This document shows, piece by piece, positions 1 through 12,902 of a stretch of DNA of 42,086 nucleotides. Position 1 is the first letter of the stretch; every line of letters starts with the position of its first letter. The position numbers and the translations under genes were made by a program. The DNA is from Chiloscyllium plagiosum. Its lineage: Eukaryota. The stretch covers positions 3,380,742 to 3,422,827 of the forward strand of contig NC_057741.1 in NCBI RefSeq assembly GCF_004010195.1, given 5' to 3'. Below the pieces are notes generated by a model. That model did not search any database, was not told where the DNA came from, and worked only from the letters and a program-made list of their open reading frames with translations.

Positions 1-405
1 AGCGGATCCGAGCAGAAAACGGCAACGTCATCCATGTACAGGGAGGCCAGGAATAGTCACCCCTCACAGGCTCGCATCCTTCCTGATGGACTCAGCAAAT
101 GGCTCTATGCAGCACACAAACAAGGCAGGAGAGAGAGGGCAGCCCTGCCTGACTCCAGATCTGACTGGGAAGCTATCTGATTCCCACCCATTGATTGAGA
201 CTGCACTGACAACGTTGGTGTAGAGCAGTCTGATCCAATTGCAGATTCCCTCCCCAAAGCCCATTTTGGAGGGAACATCTCTCATATATGTGTGTGATAT
301 CCTGTCAAAGGTTTTCTCCTGGTCCAGGCTGATCAGGCAGGTGTCCAACCCTCTGTCCTGCACATAGGCGATCGTATCCCTGAGGAGTGCGAGACTCTCA
401 GACCT
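1..405 (-). mobile_element. Tx1/L1-clade non-LTR retrotransposon, reverse transcriptase fragment (5'-truncated, runs off window start)
   Basis: Minus-strand peptide LISLDQEKTFDRISH...SGVRQGCPLSPALF; the reverse complement of 1-50 encodes LASLYMDDVAVFCSDP (YxDD catalytic motif). The frame is broken near 50-64. Confidence 0.85.
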
Positions 406-1314
406 TGCCACACCTGTCACCCAATTCCTCCACACAGCTCACCACAGACTATGTCTCCCAGACCCTATGGGATTCCCATTTCATCAAAACTTTACACCTT
501 GCCCTCATAGGGACAGGACAGTAACAGAAATACCATCGGAAAACTAAGCATTAGTTCTATACTATATCAGAAGAGCATACTGATTGGTCAGAAATAGTCT
601 CTGAAAGAGGCACTACTCTTAGAAAATGTACCAGTTTGATGATGACTGACAAATATCTTCCAAACTTTATTTAAATTTAAACCAGGCAGATTGATTCTTA
701 TTGATCAAGGCATTTCCCTGAGGAATGATCCAGAGAATGGCTGCTAGTTATTTTCATGAGCTGAAACAGACACAAATGTGCACATGTTCTTTCTGTCTGT
801 AAAGAACAGCAGGCCACATGGTTTAATATATCTAGCTTTTAGCACACATTAGTGCATCACACCATGAACCTGACATACAATCTTAAATTGGCTATCAGCA
901 TAATTTTTCACACGTGACTCCAGAGCCGACATCCATGTGTTGACTCCTAACTGCCTTCTCAGCAAGTAGAGATGGACAATAAACGCTTGTCTAGCCAGCG
1001 ATGCCCATATCCTGTGAGTGAATAATTAAAAAGACCTATAAATTATGTAGCAAATGTTGTTTAATCACAGAATCACATTTAATGTTCGACACTGTGCTTT
1101 GAGTTTTGCAAGTGTAGGCTGGTTGGTTCATGTCAGTACTCAGTAAGGCAGAAAGTAGTGCCATCGGCCAGTTCATGAGTTTGTGCAATGAACAGTGAGA
1201 CATGACTTTATCAGGGTAGCCATTCCCTCATAGGATGGCTTTGATGCACCTCATTTCAACACCAAGCTTGCACAGTGAGTAAATGGCTCCAGCCTATTTA
1301 CAAAGTTGTCAATT

Positions 1315-1624
1315 GCAGCACGGTGGCTCAGTGGTTAGCATTGATGCCTCACAGCGCCAGGGACCTGGGTTCAATTCCAGCCTGAGGCAACTGTCTGTGT
1401 GGAGTTTGCACATTCTCCCCGTGGCTGTGTGGGTTTCCTTTGGGTGCTCTGGTTTCCTCCCACAGTCCAAAGATGTGTAGGTCAGGTGGCTTGGCCATGC
1501 TAAATTGCCCGTAGTGTTAGGTGCATTAGTCAGAGGGAAATGAGTCTGGGTGGGTAGCTCTTCAGCGGGTTGGTGTGGACTTGTTGGGTCAAAGGGCCTG
1601 TTTCCACACTTAGGGACTCTAATC
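1315..1624 (+). mobile_element. HE1-type tRNA-derived SINE
   Basis: Pol III A box TGGCTCAGTGG, B box GGTTCAATTCC, central GGAGTTTGCAC...GGTTTCCTCCCACAGTCCAAAGA domain, CR1-like tail GGGCCTGTTTCC...CTAATC. Confidence 0.9.
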
Positions 1625-2079
1625 AATACAGACAATCTTATAGTGTGTAGGTCTATAGGGATCCCTACACGTTCTGGCCTTCACTGCAGAAGATACAAAA
1701 AACTTCCCAAAAATAGATCTAAATCATGAAAGCATAGCAGTAAAAGGAAGTTTACACAAGGCAGTCACAAAGACCTACTGGAATATTATTTACTGACACA
1801 CCTGGGAAGGGGAGTTTAATTGACTACTCCATTTCAAATTTGGATTTGACTATAGGAGGGGAATCATTAAGACATACAAGAAAGTTCATATATGTTGCTG
1901 TGGATTCAAAGAGAGCAAAAGTGTCATCTTCTTATTGTAAATATGTGAGGGCTAGATGATTAGGTGTCATTTCCTTGAAGACAAGTTTCTCAAGGAACTC
2001 AACAAAAGGGTTTCTGGGATTGAGACTAGAAGGGAACCCCTGTCAATGCCATCTATTTGGGCAAAAATGATATTTTAGA

Positions 2080-5000
2080 TTCATTTATGGGATGTATGCA
2101 TTGCCAGCTGGCCCACGTTTATTGCCCGTCCCTAGTTGCCCTCATGAAGGTGGTGGTAATCTGCCTTCTTGAACTGCTGCAGTCCACCTGCTGTGGGATG
2201 ACCCACAATGCCACTAGGGAAGGAATTCCAGGATTTTGATCCAGTGACAGTGATAGAGTGGCAACATATTTCGAAGTCAGGATGGAGAGTGGCTTGGAGG
2301 GAAACTTGAAGGTGGTGGTGTTCCCATATATCTGTGCTCTTGCCTTTCTAGATGAAAGTGGTCATGGGTTTGGAAAATGCAAACTGAGGATCTTTGGTGA
2401 ATTTCTGCAGTGCATGTTGTAGACAGTACATTCTGCTGCTATGGAGATTTGGTGGTGGAGGGAGCTGATTCTTGTGGAGATAATGCCAATCAAACAGACT
2501 GCTTTGACCTTGATGATATCAAGTTTATTGAGTGTTGTTTGAACTGCACCCATCCAGGCAAATGGGGAGTATTCTATCCTGGCTTATTCCTTGTAGATGA
2601 TGGATGGGCTTTGGGTGTCAGAAGGTGAGTTACTCGACTCAGCATTCCTAGCTTCTGACCTGCTCCTGTGTTTATGTGGCTAGTCCAGTTGAGTTTCTGG
2701 TCAATGGTAACCTCCAGGATATTGACAGTGAATGTCAAAGGGTGGTGTTTAGATTGTCTCTTATTTGTGATTGTCATGGCCTGGCATTTGTGTAGCTCAA
2801 AGGCTACTTACCACTTATCAGTCCAAGCCTGGATATTGTCCAGATCTTGTTGCATTCGGACATGGACTGTTTCAGTACCTGAGGAGTCATGATGGCACTG
2901 AACACTCTGTAATCATCAGTGACTCTAACCTATGGAGAGTTTGCCCCGGATACCCATTGATTCCAGTTTTGCTAGGGCTCCATGATACTACACTCGGTCA
3001 AATGTAGCCTTTTGGTCAAGGGCTGTCACTGTCACCTCACCTCTGGAGTTCAGCTCCTTTGTCCATGTTTGAACCAAGGCGGTATTGAGATCAGGAGCAG
3101 AGTGGCCCAGGCAGAACCCAAACTGGGCATCACTGAGCAGGTTATTGCTGAGCAGATGCTGCTTGATAGCACTGTTGATGACCCCCTTCCAACACTTTAT
3201 TGACGATCGAGAGTCCAGGCGGAATGGGGTGGAAATTAGCCCGGTTGGATTTGTCCTGCTTTTTATGTACAGGGCGTACCTGGGCAATTTTCCATGTTGT
3301 CGGGTAGATGCCAGTGTTGTGACTGTACCAGAACATCTTGGCCAGGGGAGCAGCAATTTCTGGAGCACAAGCGTTCAGTACTATTGCCAGAATGTTGTCA
3401 GGGGCCATAGCCTTTGCAGTGTCCAGTGACCCCAACTGTTCCTTGATAGCACATGGAGTGAATGGAATTGGCTGGAGACCAGTATCTGTGATGCTCGGGA
3501 CCACTGGAGAGGGCGAGATGGATCATCCACTCAGCACTTCCGGCTGAAGTCTGCTGCAAAGGCTTCAGCCTTATCTTTTGCAGTGAAGTATTGGGTTTTT
3601 CCGTCATTGAGGATGGGGATGTTTGTGGAGCCTCCTTCTCCAGTGAATTGTTTAATTGTCTACCACCATTCACGGCTGGGTGTGGCAGGACTGCAGAGCT
3701 TAGATCTAATCTGTTGCTTGTGGATTCACTTATTTCTGTCTATCTCTTGCTGCTTATGCTGTTTGGCATCCAAGTAGTCCTGTTTGGTAGTTTAATCAGG
3801 TTGACACCTCATTTTCAGGTATACTTTGTGCTGCCCCTGGATACCGTTCTGTAACCTCCATTAAACCAGGGTTGATCCCCTGGCTTGATGGTAATGGTTG
3901 AGTGAGGGATATACTGGGCCATGAGGTTACAGAGTGTGCTGGAGTACAATTCTGCTGTTGTTGATGAACTACAGTGCCTCATGATTGCTCAGTCTTGAGT
4001 TTCTAGTTCTGTTTGAAGTCTGTCCCATTTAGCGCAGTGATAATGTCATACATTACTATGTGAAGGCAGGACTTTGACTCCACAAGGACTGTTTGTTGGT
4101 CACTCTTACTGATACTGTCATGGATGAATGCATCTGCAACTTGGTAAAGTTGAGGTCAAGTATGTTTTTCTTGTTGGTTCCCTGACCGCCTGCTGCAGAC
4201 CCTGACTAACAGATATGTCCTTGAGGAACGGACCAGCTCGATCAGTAGAACTGCTACTGGCCAGCTCGATCAGTAGAACTGCTACCGAGCCACTGTTGGT
4301 GGTGGACGTTGAAATCCCCCACCCAGAGTACATTTTGTGTCCTAGCTATCCTCAATGCTTCCTCCAAGTGTTGTTCAACATGGGGGAGTACTTATTTATC
4401 AGCTGAGGGAAGATGGTACATGGTAATCAGCAGGAGATTTCCTTGCCCAAGTTTTACCTGAGGCCATGAGACTTCATGGGGTCTGGAGTCAGTGTTGAGG
4501 ACTCTCAGGGCAACTCCCTCTGGACTGTGTCCCACTGTGCTGCCACCTTTGCTGAATCTGTCCTGCCGATTGGACAGGGTACATTCAGGGAATGGTGACT
4601 GTGGTGTCTGGGACATAGCCTATGAGATATGACTCTGTGAGTATCACCATGCTTGACTAGTCTGTGAGATAGAGCTGAAAATGTGTTGCTGGAAAAGCGC
4701 AGCAGGTCAGGCAGCATCCAAGAAACAGGAGAATCGACGTTTTGGGCATAAGCCCTTCTTATGCTAGTCTGTGAGATAGCTGTCCAAATTTTAACACTCA
4801 CCCCCAGATGTTAGTAAGGAGGTCCTTGCAGGGTTGACCGAGCCGTTTATATTGTTGGATTTTGCAGTGGCTAGGTAGATGCCAGATGATCCGTCCAGTT
4901 TCATTTCTTTGTGACTTTGTAATGATTGGTACAAATTGAGTGGCTTGCCATTTCAGAGGGCAATTGAGAGATGACAACATAGCTGTGTGTCTGGAGTCAT

Positions 5001-5210
5001 ATTTTGGTGAGGGTGGAAGATTTCTTTCCCTGAATGCTAATATTGAACCAAATGAGTCTTTCTGACAATCGACAATGGTTTCTCGGCGATCAATAGGTTC
5101 TTAATTCCAGATTTTGTTTTATTGAACTCAAAATCGACCATCTGGCATGGCAGAATTGGAACTCAGCTCCAGAGTTTCGGGATCAATAGTCTAGCGATAA
5201 TTCCATCACC
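2080..5210 (-). mobile_element. Degenerate APE+RT LINE (CR1/L2 group; called family B here)
   Basis: Minus-strand fragments: LDTAKAMAPDNI...WKIAQVRPVHKKQDKSN and LLSDAQFGF...ALDQKATFDRV (RT); RQDRFSKGGST...LLLITMYHLPSA (endonuclease). Many frameshifts. Confidence 0.85.
4673..4763 (-). mobile_element. 91-bp Penelope pseudo-LTR (pLTR)-derived insert with truncated hammerhead motif and 16-bp TSD
   Basis: Flanked by CTAGTCTGTGAGATAG at 4657-4672 and 4764-4779; reverse complement matches the 9890-10023 element. Confidence 0.8.
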
Positions 5211-5214
5211 ATTC

Positions 5215-5800
5215 CCCATATCATTAAACTCAATTGCATGGTTGCTGAGTTCACAGCTCAATGAATACTGCTTCGTACAGCAGTGGTGGGTCTGGATTGA
5301 CATGATGTAGTGCAGATGTCTATAATGGCCTCATGTGGTACATTGCTGAATAGGCTAGCACTGCTAAATGAGCGCAGTCTTTCTATTGATATACAAATCA
5401 AGTACAGTCTTTGAAAACAAAACCTTCACTATGTGCATGGAAAACTTGCATAAAACTGATTGCAGCAAATCACTCAACGTTTTGGGCAATTCATGTTGTG
5501 CAGGCCCAGGCACAAGTAAGTGTGGGAATCATTTTTGTGTGGCTTCCCCAACCCATACTAACACAGGCACAGTAAGATGAGCCCTATCAAATATATTTCC
5601 CAGCAGTTCCTTTCTGAGCATGGCTGTCTGGTCATGTAGGGCTGTCTGGTCATGTAGGGCAGTACGATCAACAGATAGGAATTTGGATCATCATTAAGAA
5701 TGTCACACATTTTGCTGATATGGTCATCTTTGTTAAGGATGACTAATCCTGCCCCTTTGGTGGGTTTACAGTCCCGTAAATCCAAGCTGGCCTTGAGGCC
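5215..5800 (-). mobile_element. Degenerate Penelope-like element RT fragment
   Basis: KPTKGAGLVILNKDDHISKMCDILND (PLE 'KPADKG..VIL' motif), AQHELPKTLSDLLQSVL, ASLFSNVPHEAIIDIC. Confidence 0.7.
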
Positions 5801-5849
5801 TCACGACACTGCCCCGAAAATTGCGTTGCATTTTCAAATCAGACATGTC

Positions 5850-6035
5850 CTTTGGAATATTGCTCATTTGAGATCGCTGGCCTACTCACCAATGGCCCAC
5901 TCAAGATAGCTATCGATATTCACAGTACTCGCATTATAGTAATCCCAATTTGCCATCAATGTGCCAATCGGTATTCATTGAACTTAGTAACACATCTGGT
6001 CACACAATTGAATTCAATTTTAATGACACCGTGGG
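5850..6035 (+). mobile_element. Degenerate Penelope-like RT fragment, opposite orientation to its neighbour
   Basis: CSFEIAGLLTNGPLKIAIDI resembles PLE 'SFDVVSLFTNVP'; followed by VFIEL...IEFNFNDT. Confidence 0.6.
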
Positions 6036-6201
6036 ATCATCCATGAAGAATGAGAGATAGAAGGCTCAACAAACTTTACTACATCCAGAGAACAGGGTCA
6101 GGCCTTCCTACCAGCCCTTGCAAGGACTCTGACACCGCCACTATGGTAATTTATGCTCTGCTTCTGGGGTTGGTCACTGCTTCCCCACTCCTACATAGTT
6201 G

Positions 6202-6575
6202 TAGAATCATAGAATCCCTACACTGTCGAAGAAGGCCATTCGGCCCGTTGAGCCCACACTGACACCCCCCTCGCCCCCCCAAACAGCATCCCACCCAGAC
6301 TCACCTCCCAATCCCATCCCTGTAACCCTGCATTTCCCATGGCTAATTCACCTAGCCTGAAAATCCCTGGACACTGTGGGCAATTTATCGTGGTCAATCT
6401 ACCTAATCCGCAGATTTTTGAATTATGGGAGGTAACTGGAGCACCTGGAGGAAACCCATGCACACACGGGGAGAACATGCAAACTCCAACTAGGCAGTCA
6501 CCCAAGGCAGGAAGCAAACCCAGGTGTCTGGCTCCATGAGGCAGCAGTGCTAACCACTGAGCCACTGTGCCACCC
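6202..6575 (-). mobile_element. HE1-type SINE
   Basis: Reverse complement shows the tRNA-like head GGGTGGCACAGTGGCTCAGTGGTTAGCACTGCTGCCTCA and a GATTCTAT-type tail. Confidence 0.9.
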
Positions 6576-6677
6576 ATGTCGAATGGAACATAATGGAGTG
6601 GAGAATGCAACATTTAGCGAACTTTCCACTGAAGTGAGTCTGGAATGTGTATGACCTGAGCTACCCACCACGTTCCA

Positions 6678-7090
6678 ACATTGCAGGTCAATGACCTTTC
6701 ATCAGAATTAGAAAAAGTTGAAAATTTGTAGGTTTTGAAGAAGTGAAAATGGAAGTGGAGGTGAAGATGGAAAAAGATCAAAATGAGAATCGCTGTAATA
6801 GAGCAGAAGACAAGGGAGAGTTAATGATCAAAGAGTTGGTGCTGAAAGGCCAAAGTGTGACATTATGGGAACAAACGATGAAACATGTGTGTCTCGAAGC
6901 CGAATGGCTGAATGGTGAACAGCTGTTGGCTGAAAGCAAAAACAAGAGAAAAATGAGAGTCAAACTGAAAGCTGCAAAGTAAAAGGAAACAAAATGGGGG
7001 CGAGTGTTATGATCTAAAATTGTTGAACTCAGTGCTGAGATTGGATGGCTGTCCCTCAAACTTATTGGAATTTTACAACAGCAACACACT
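6678..7090 (-). mobile_element. Old PLE 3' end with degenerate hammerhead motif
   Basis: Reverse complement of 6680-6707 = TTCTGATGA-A-AGGTC-ATT-GACCT-GCAAT (GAAA mutated to GCAA); PLE-like ORF end (EFNNFRS*) near 7010-7035. Confidence 0.55.
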
Positions 7091-7099
7091 AGGGTCGTG

Positions 7100-9600
7100 A
7101 TTTGAGCTGCAGGGTAATGTTCTGGGGATCATGACTTCAAGTCTTGCCCATGGCAAATGGTGAAATTTGAATTCAACAAAATCTAGAATTAAACACTAGG
7201 CTAATGGCGTCCATATAAACCTTTTTGTAAAATTCTGTTTTGTTCATTATTTCCATTTGGACTAGGGAATCCAACATTATTACCCATCCTCTACCCAGTA
7301 CATATGGCTCCAGTCCCACCGTAATATATGGCTGAGTCTTAATTGCCCTCTGAAATGGCCCTAAAAAGTCACTCAGTTGCATCAAAACCAGCACAAAGTC
7401 CAATGAAAGGAATGAATCCGGGCAATCCACCTGGCATTGACATGGCCATGAGAAACAACAACAGCAGTCTCAGTCCTGTCAACATCAGGGGAGGAAACTC
7501 TTGCCAAAATTAGGACAGATGTCCCACAGAGAGATACAGACATAGAGTTATAGAATCATATAGCATGGAAACAGACCCTTCGGTCCAACCAGTCCATGGA
7601 GACCATGTTCCCAAACTAAACTAGTCCCATAACCCACCAAACCATTCCTACTCACGAACTTATACAATTGTCTTTTAAATGTTGTAATCATACCTACATC
7701 CATCATTTTCTCTGGCAGTTCATTCCAAACATGAATCACGCTCTGTGTAAAAAAGGTTGCCCCTCAGGTTCTTTTCAAATATTTCTCCTCTCACCTTAAA
7801 AATATGCCCCGTAGTTTTGGACTTCCCCTCCCTAGGGAAAATACCTTTGTCATTCACCTTATCTATGGCCCTCACAACCTTATAAACCTCAATAAGGTCA
7901 CCACGTCAATCTCCTACACTTGGGTGAAAAAAGTATCAGTCTTTCCAGTCTATTTTTGTAATACAAACCTCCCATTCCCACCAACATCCTGGTAAATTTT
8001 TTCTGAGCACTCTCCATTTTAATAATATCCTTCTGATAGCAGGGCAACCAGAACTGCACACAGTACTCCTGAAGAGGTCTCACCAGCAATAGTGTCAAAG
8101 TCTTTGTGTTCCAGAACTAGCCATGCCCTTAGCCAAGCTATTCAAGTACAGCTACAACAGTGGCATCTACCTGATGATGTTGAGAGTTGCCCAGGCATGT
8201 CTTATCCTCAAAAAAGCAGGACAAATATAACTGGCCCACCTACCATCCTATCAGCCTACTGTCTGTCACAGCAAAGTGATAGATAGGGTCATTAACAATG
8301 CTATTAAACAACACTTGCAAAGGGAGAACCTGTTCAGTGATGCTCAGGTTGGGTTCTGCCAGACCATACAGCTCCTGACTTCACTACAGCCTTTGTCCAA
8401 AATAAATGAACTAGAGAGGTGAGGTGAGAGTCCCTGCCCTTGACATCAGTGCTGCATTTGACAAGGAGCCACAACAAAACTACTGTCAATGGGAATCAGG
8501 GGAAACCACTCTGGTAATTGGAGTCATACCTGGTACAAAGAGAGATGGTTGCGATTGTTAGATGTCAATCATCTTAGGCCAATGACATTACTGCAGGTGT
8601 TTCTCAGAGTAGAGTAGATGTCCAGTTGGTGACTGTACAATGCTCAGCAATATTTGTGACTCCTCAGATTCTGAGGCAGTCCATATCTACATATATTAAA
8701 CCCAGACAACATGTAGGTTTGGGCTAATAAATGACAAGTAACATTTGAGCCATACAAGTAGACAATCACCTTCACCGCTAAAAGTAAATCTAACCAAGTA
8801 ATTGCATTACCATGATTGGATCCCACACAATCGATGTCTTGGGGATCACTCTTGACCAGAAATTGAACTGGACCAGCTATGTATATGTTGTGACAACAAG
8901 AACAGGTTAGACGCCAGGAAGTCGGGAGAAAGTATCTCATCTTTGGTCTTCCCGGTGCCTGCAAGGACCAAATCAGGACTTTGGTGGACTGTTCTCCACT
9001 TCCCTGCGTAACCATAGTTCCAACAACACTCAACAAACAGAACAAAGCAGTCTGCTAGATTGGAACCTCTTTCACCGCCTTCGTCGTTTCACCACCAACA
9101 CACAGTGGCAGTGACGTGTGTACAATCTTCAAGATGCAATACAGCAATTCTGCCACTCTCCTTAGACAGCACCTTCAAAACCCAGAACCTCTACCACCTA
9201 GAATGCCAAGGGCAAGCTGATACGTGGAACACCATCACCTGTAGTTCCCCTCCAAGCCACACACCATTCTGACTTGGAAACTGTTCCCTCACTGTCACTG
9301 AGTCATGCACTGCTCGACATGCACCTGGATAGCAGTGAATTGAGAGTTGTGTTGGTGAAGTTATTTTATTTTACATTAGGATTAATCCTCGGCACAACAT
9401 CATGGGCCAAAGGGCCTGTTCTGTGCTGTACTTTGCTATGTTCTATGTTCTATGAGTCCAAGTTCTGGAACTCCATTGGTAATAGATAATATAATAAATA
9501 ATAATAATTGTAGGTGACCCGATACACTATGGGCCACAGTGGTTCAGGAAGGCAGCTTCTTCAAAGCAATTAGGAATGGGCAATACATTCGGCCTTGGAC
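7100..9600 (+). mobile_element. Family-B LINE remnant interrupted by a CR1 fragment
   Basis: Reverse-complement similarity to 2080-5210 (e.g. GTTCAGTGATGCTCAGGTTGGGTT, GACCAGAAATTGAACTGGAC, 3' end GGCAGC...TAGGAATGGGCAATA). Confidence 0.7.
7545..8088 (-). mobile_element. CR1 LINE 3' fragment
   Basis: LVRPLQEYCVQFWLP..KDIIKMESAQKKFTRM and VWNELPEKMM..FKRQLYKF are CR1 ORF2 C-terminal motifs; GATTCTAT-type tail. Confidence 0.88.
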
Positions 9601-10830
9601 TATGTGGAGAAAAAGGAGATCAACGAGCAGGTGAATCCCCTCCTTTGCTTCCATGGAAAGGTCCCTGGGAAAGGGGAGGGAGGTGATTGAAGATTGGAGC
9701 ATGGGGAATGCTGCAAGGGGAGGCAAGAGAAATGATAGTGCGTAGAGGCTTCCCTTCAATGGAGTTGAAGGTGGGAGCAAGGTCAACCCTATTGTGGTTC
9801 TGGAAGGGAGAGGGTGGCATGAGATTGGAAGTGCAGGAATCATATGGACACAGTTGAGGACCTTGTCAACCAGTTAGGGAGTTTCCTCACTCATTCCTGA
9901 AGAAGGGCTCATGCCCGAAACGTGGATTCTCCTGCTCCTTGGATGCTGCCTGACCTGCTGCGCTTTTCCAGCAACACATTTTTCAACTCTGGTCTCCAGC
10001 ATCTGCAGTCCGCACTTTCTTCCAGGGAGTTTCCTCAGTCCAGGTAAAAGGATTACAAACCAGAAACACTTGCTGAAACTAGGAGAATGGAATAGAACCT
10101 TGACAGGAAGCAGTGTATAAGCAAGTGTAGCCAAGGAAGTTGGTAGATTTGCAGCGAATATTTGTTGGTCAGCTTTTCCTTCATTCTGGGGAAATTGAGA
10201 GAAAGGGGGTAAACCATGTGAAGAGTGTAAATTGGAGGCAAATTTAATACAATTTCCAGTTCGGGTCAGGTACAATCAGGAAATAGAACCAACATACTAT
10301 CAATATCTTAGAAAAAGCATTGAGGTGTGGCCAATTATCACTAAATCAAAGAAGAGTCCACATATCCCACCAAAAAAACATAGGCATATCCACAACCTAT
10401 GTGAGCAACCATAACAGCACCATTTATTTGGAGGGAGGAGTGAAGTTAAAGGAAAAGTTGTTCAATGTAAGAAAGGGTTCTACCGGAACTTGTGTTGGAA
10501 ATTGGTTGAAGGTCTATCCAAGGAGTGCAGAGGCCCAGACTATCCTGGTGCTGGTTGGACGTACAGAGAGATTAGATGTCCATGGTGAAAGAGACATGGC
10601 TAGGCCCAGGAAATTGGAAAGTATTAGAGTAACTGAAGCTAGTGGTGAGGAGAGACTGGACAAATGAGAAAGAAATAAGAGTCAAGACAGGAGTTTATCA
10701 GTTCATTGGGGTAGGGACATGAAAAACAATAAGTCTACCAGGCAGTCTAATTTGAAGATTTTGAGAAGGAGTTAGAAACAGAGTTGGAACACTATGGTGA
10801 TGGAATCTATGGAGGGTAGACTTCCAGAAG
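9600..10830 (-). mobile_element. Highly degenerate PLE RT region
   Basis: Minus-strand remnants FTMDI*SLY, GAVMVAHIGCGYAY (cf. GxAMG..GPSYA), HNRVDLAPTFNS (cf. RVPLVLTFHP). Confidence 0.6.
9890..10023 (+). mobile_element. 134-bp solo pLTR/HHR mini-element with 14-bp TSD
   Basis: TSD AGGGAGTTTCCTCA at 9876-9889 and 10024-10037; core CTGAAGA-A-GGGC-TCAT-GCCC-GAAA-CGTG at 9897-9924 (cleavage triplet GUG, versus GUC in the 4673 copy). Confidence 0.85.
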
Positions 10831-11274
10831 AGATGAAATCATGGACAGATCGGGAGGCATCACCCTCCTATCAGGAGTGGACTTCCTCCTACTGCTCCCA
10901 TGTTTATCTGGTTAGTCCTAGTCAGAGAGTCACCAGCTTCTTTTCTGCTGCTGTGATGCTCCTGAGTATCTATCCTCAGTCACCTCTTATTTCTCATCTA
11001 CATCTATCCCCTTCAGTGCCATCACAGGAAAATGCAGTCAGTTGAGGGCGCAGATAGTTTATTCCTATGTACAGCTATGGTCTTGCTTGCCATGAGCTTA
11101 GACTGTCATATATTGCTAGGCCTCTGTCTTATGCCTCAGTGATCTCTCCAAGCTGACTTTTCACTTCCACATAACAGGCTCCCTGCTCCTTCCTTCTCAA
11201 GAATCTGCTTGAGAACTTGTGTTTGCATTCCTTTCACAGATCTCTAGGGAATTTTCCAAATTTCATGAAACCCG

Positions 11275-11568
11275 GCCAGTGCGGAAAGAGGTCATTCGGC
11301 CCATCGAGTCCTGCATTAACCCTCTAAAAGGCATCCCATCCAGACCCAGATCCCAACTCTACCTCTGTAACCCACATTTCCCATGGTTAAGCCACCTAAC
11401 CTGCATACCTTTGGACTGTGGGAGGAAACCATAGCACCTGAAGGAAACCCACATAGTCATGGTGAGAATGTGTAAACTTCAGCCAGACAGTCACCCGAGG
11501 CTGGAATCGAACCCAAGTCCCTGGTGCTATGAGGCAGCAGTGCTAACCACTGTGTCACCAGGCCGCCC
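11275..11568 (-). mobile_element. HE1-type SINE
   Basis: Same head and core as the other copies, on the reverse strand. Confidence 0.88.
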
Positions 11569-11569
11569 T

Positions 11570-12880
11570 TAATTTGTACATTACTCCTGGGATCCCATCC
11601 AAGTATGAAGCATTCCTTGAGAATCAGGACATGATAGCTTTGTCAAGCTCAGTAACAGGGTTTGCTGTCCAGGTTTTCACATTTGGAATTGTCTGGAAGT
11701 TTGTATAGCATTCCTATTCATGGGAATAGAGAGGCAGTTAAGCACGTCTGTCCCTGAAGTACTCAGCCCAGTGCTCTTTGATAACTCCCCTGTCCGTCAG
11801 GAGGGATTCCCAGCTATGTTGAGAACAGAACACCGTTGGGCGGCACGGTGGCACAGTGGTTAGCACTGCTGCCTCACAGTGCCTGAGACCCGGGTTCAAT
11901 TCCCGCCTCAGGCGACTGACTGTGTGGAGTTTGCACGTTCTCCCCGTGTCTGCGTGGGTTTCCTCCGGGTGCTCCGGTTTCCTCCCACAGTCCAAAAGAT
12001 GTGCAGGGTCAGGTGAATTGGCCATGCTAAATTGCCCGTAGTGTTAGGTAAGGGGTAAATGTAGGGGTATGGGTGGGTTTCGCTTCGGCGGGTCGGTGTG
12101 GACTTGTTGGGCCGAAGGGCCTGTTTCTACACTGTAATGTAATCTAAAAAAAGAAGAGCCACAGCATGAGAGAAAGACAGCCATACACAGCCTACAGCGC
12201 CATATGATCCAGCTGTGATGGTCACCATAGCTGTGTGGCTCTCTTGGTCTACGTCTGTCTGGGCTCCTATGCAGCTTCTGTTCCAGCCTTTTTCTCTCTT
12301 GGGAGCGATTTCTTAGCAGTCTCTTAGTTCCTAGCCATGCTTGCTGCTTTTCTGTAGCAGTTCTTTAATTTGATCTCATTTTCATCAAAACAATCTAGTC
12401 TGTGATCTCAGGACTTCATTACCAGCTTCCAGCATTGTGGCTCTAACAGCTGACTGTGCCATTTCAACATCAACACTTGGGTTTCCTTCAGTCCCAGTAA
12501 TTTCTCATGTCTGAACCTGAATTGGTCCCAGCACTGTACAGATACCAGTTTCTGCACATTTAAATTTTTGGGATCAAGTGCACATTGGTCTTCATTTTGG
12601 TGCAATAGTAAATGTCATCGTGACGTAGAGGTCCACAGGGACCATGGCGTGTAGAACACTCCACTCCTTTCATGAGGTGATCATAACACCTTTGACATTG
12701 CTCTGCTGGATAAAGATAAAGGAAATCTGGTGCCTCTGATTCGACCTTGGGAGCATGCAAGTGTTTTTGTTCTTTGGCTTTCTGTTTATGCTGGGATTGA
12801 CATTATTCCAGTGGCTTCAAAGACTTAGGACAAGAAATACATTGCCATTACATTACCACACACCCTGATACCCGAAAGCA
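11570..12880 (-). mobile_element. Degenerate RTE-clade LINE, interrupted by an HE1 SINE
   Basis: LLTDRGVIKEHWAEYFRD and DCFDENEIKIKELLQKKQQAW resemble the RTE/BovB endonuclease-RT linker. Confidence 0.55.
11838..12146 (+). mobile_element. Young full-length HE1-type SINE
   Basis: CpG-rich, intact A/B boxes, near-identical to the 27783-28081 copy. Confidence 0.93.
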
Positions 12881-12902
12881 CCATTCCAGGCCTGGCAATA
12901 AG

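Noticed and set aside
1315-1385. tRNA genes at the SINE heads
   Set aside because: The A/B boxes run directly into the HE1 core and LINE tail; these are SINE heads.
1283-1635. Recurrent short ORFs such as 'LDCGRKPEHPEETHADTGR'
   Set aside because: Spurious translations of HE1 SINE copies.
4233-4285. Short two-copy tandem duplications (also ~5622-5660 and ~31989-32027)
   Set aside because: Ordinary slippage duplications with no further structure.
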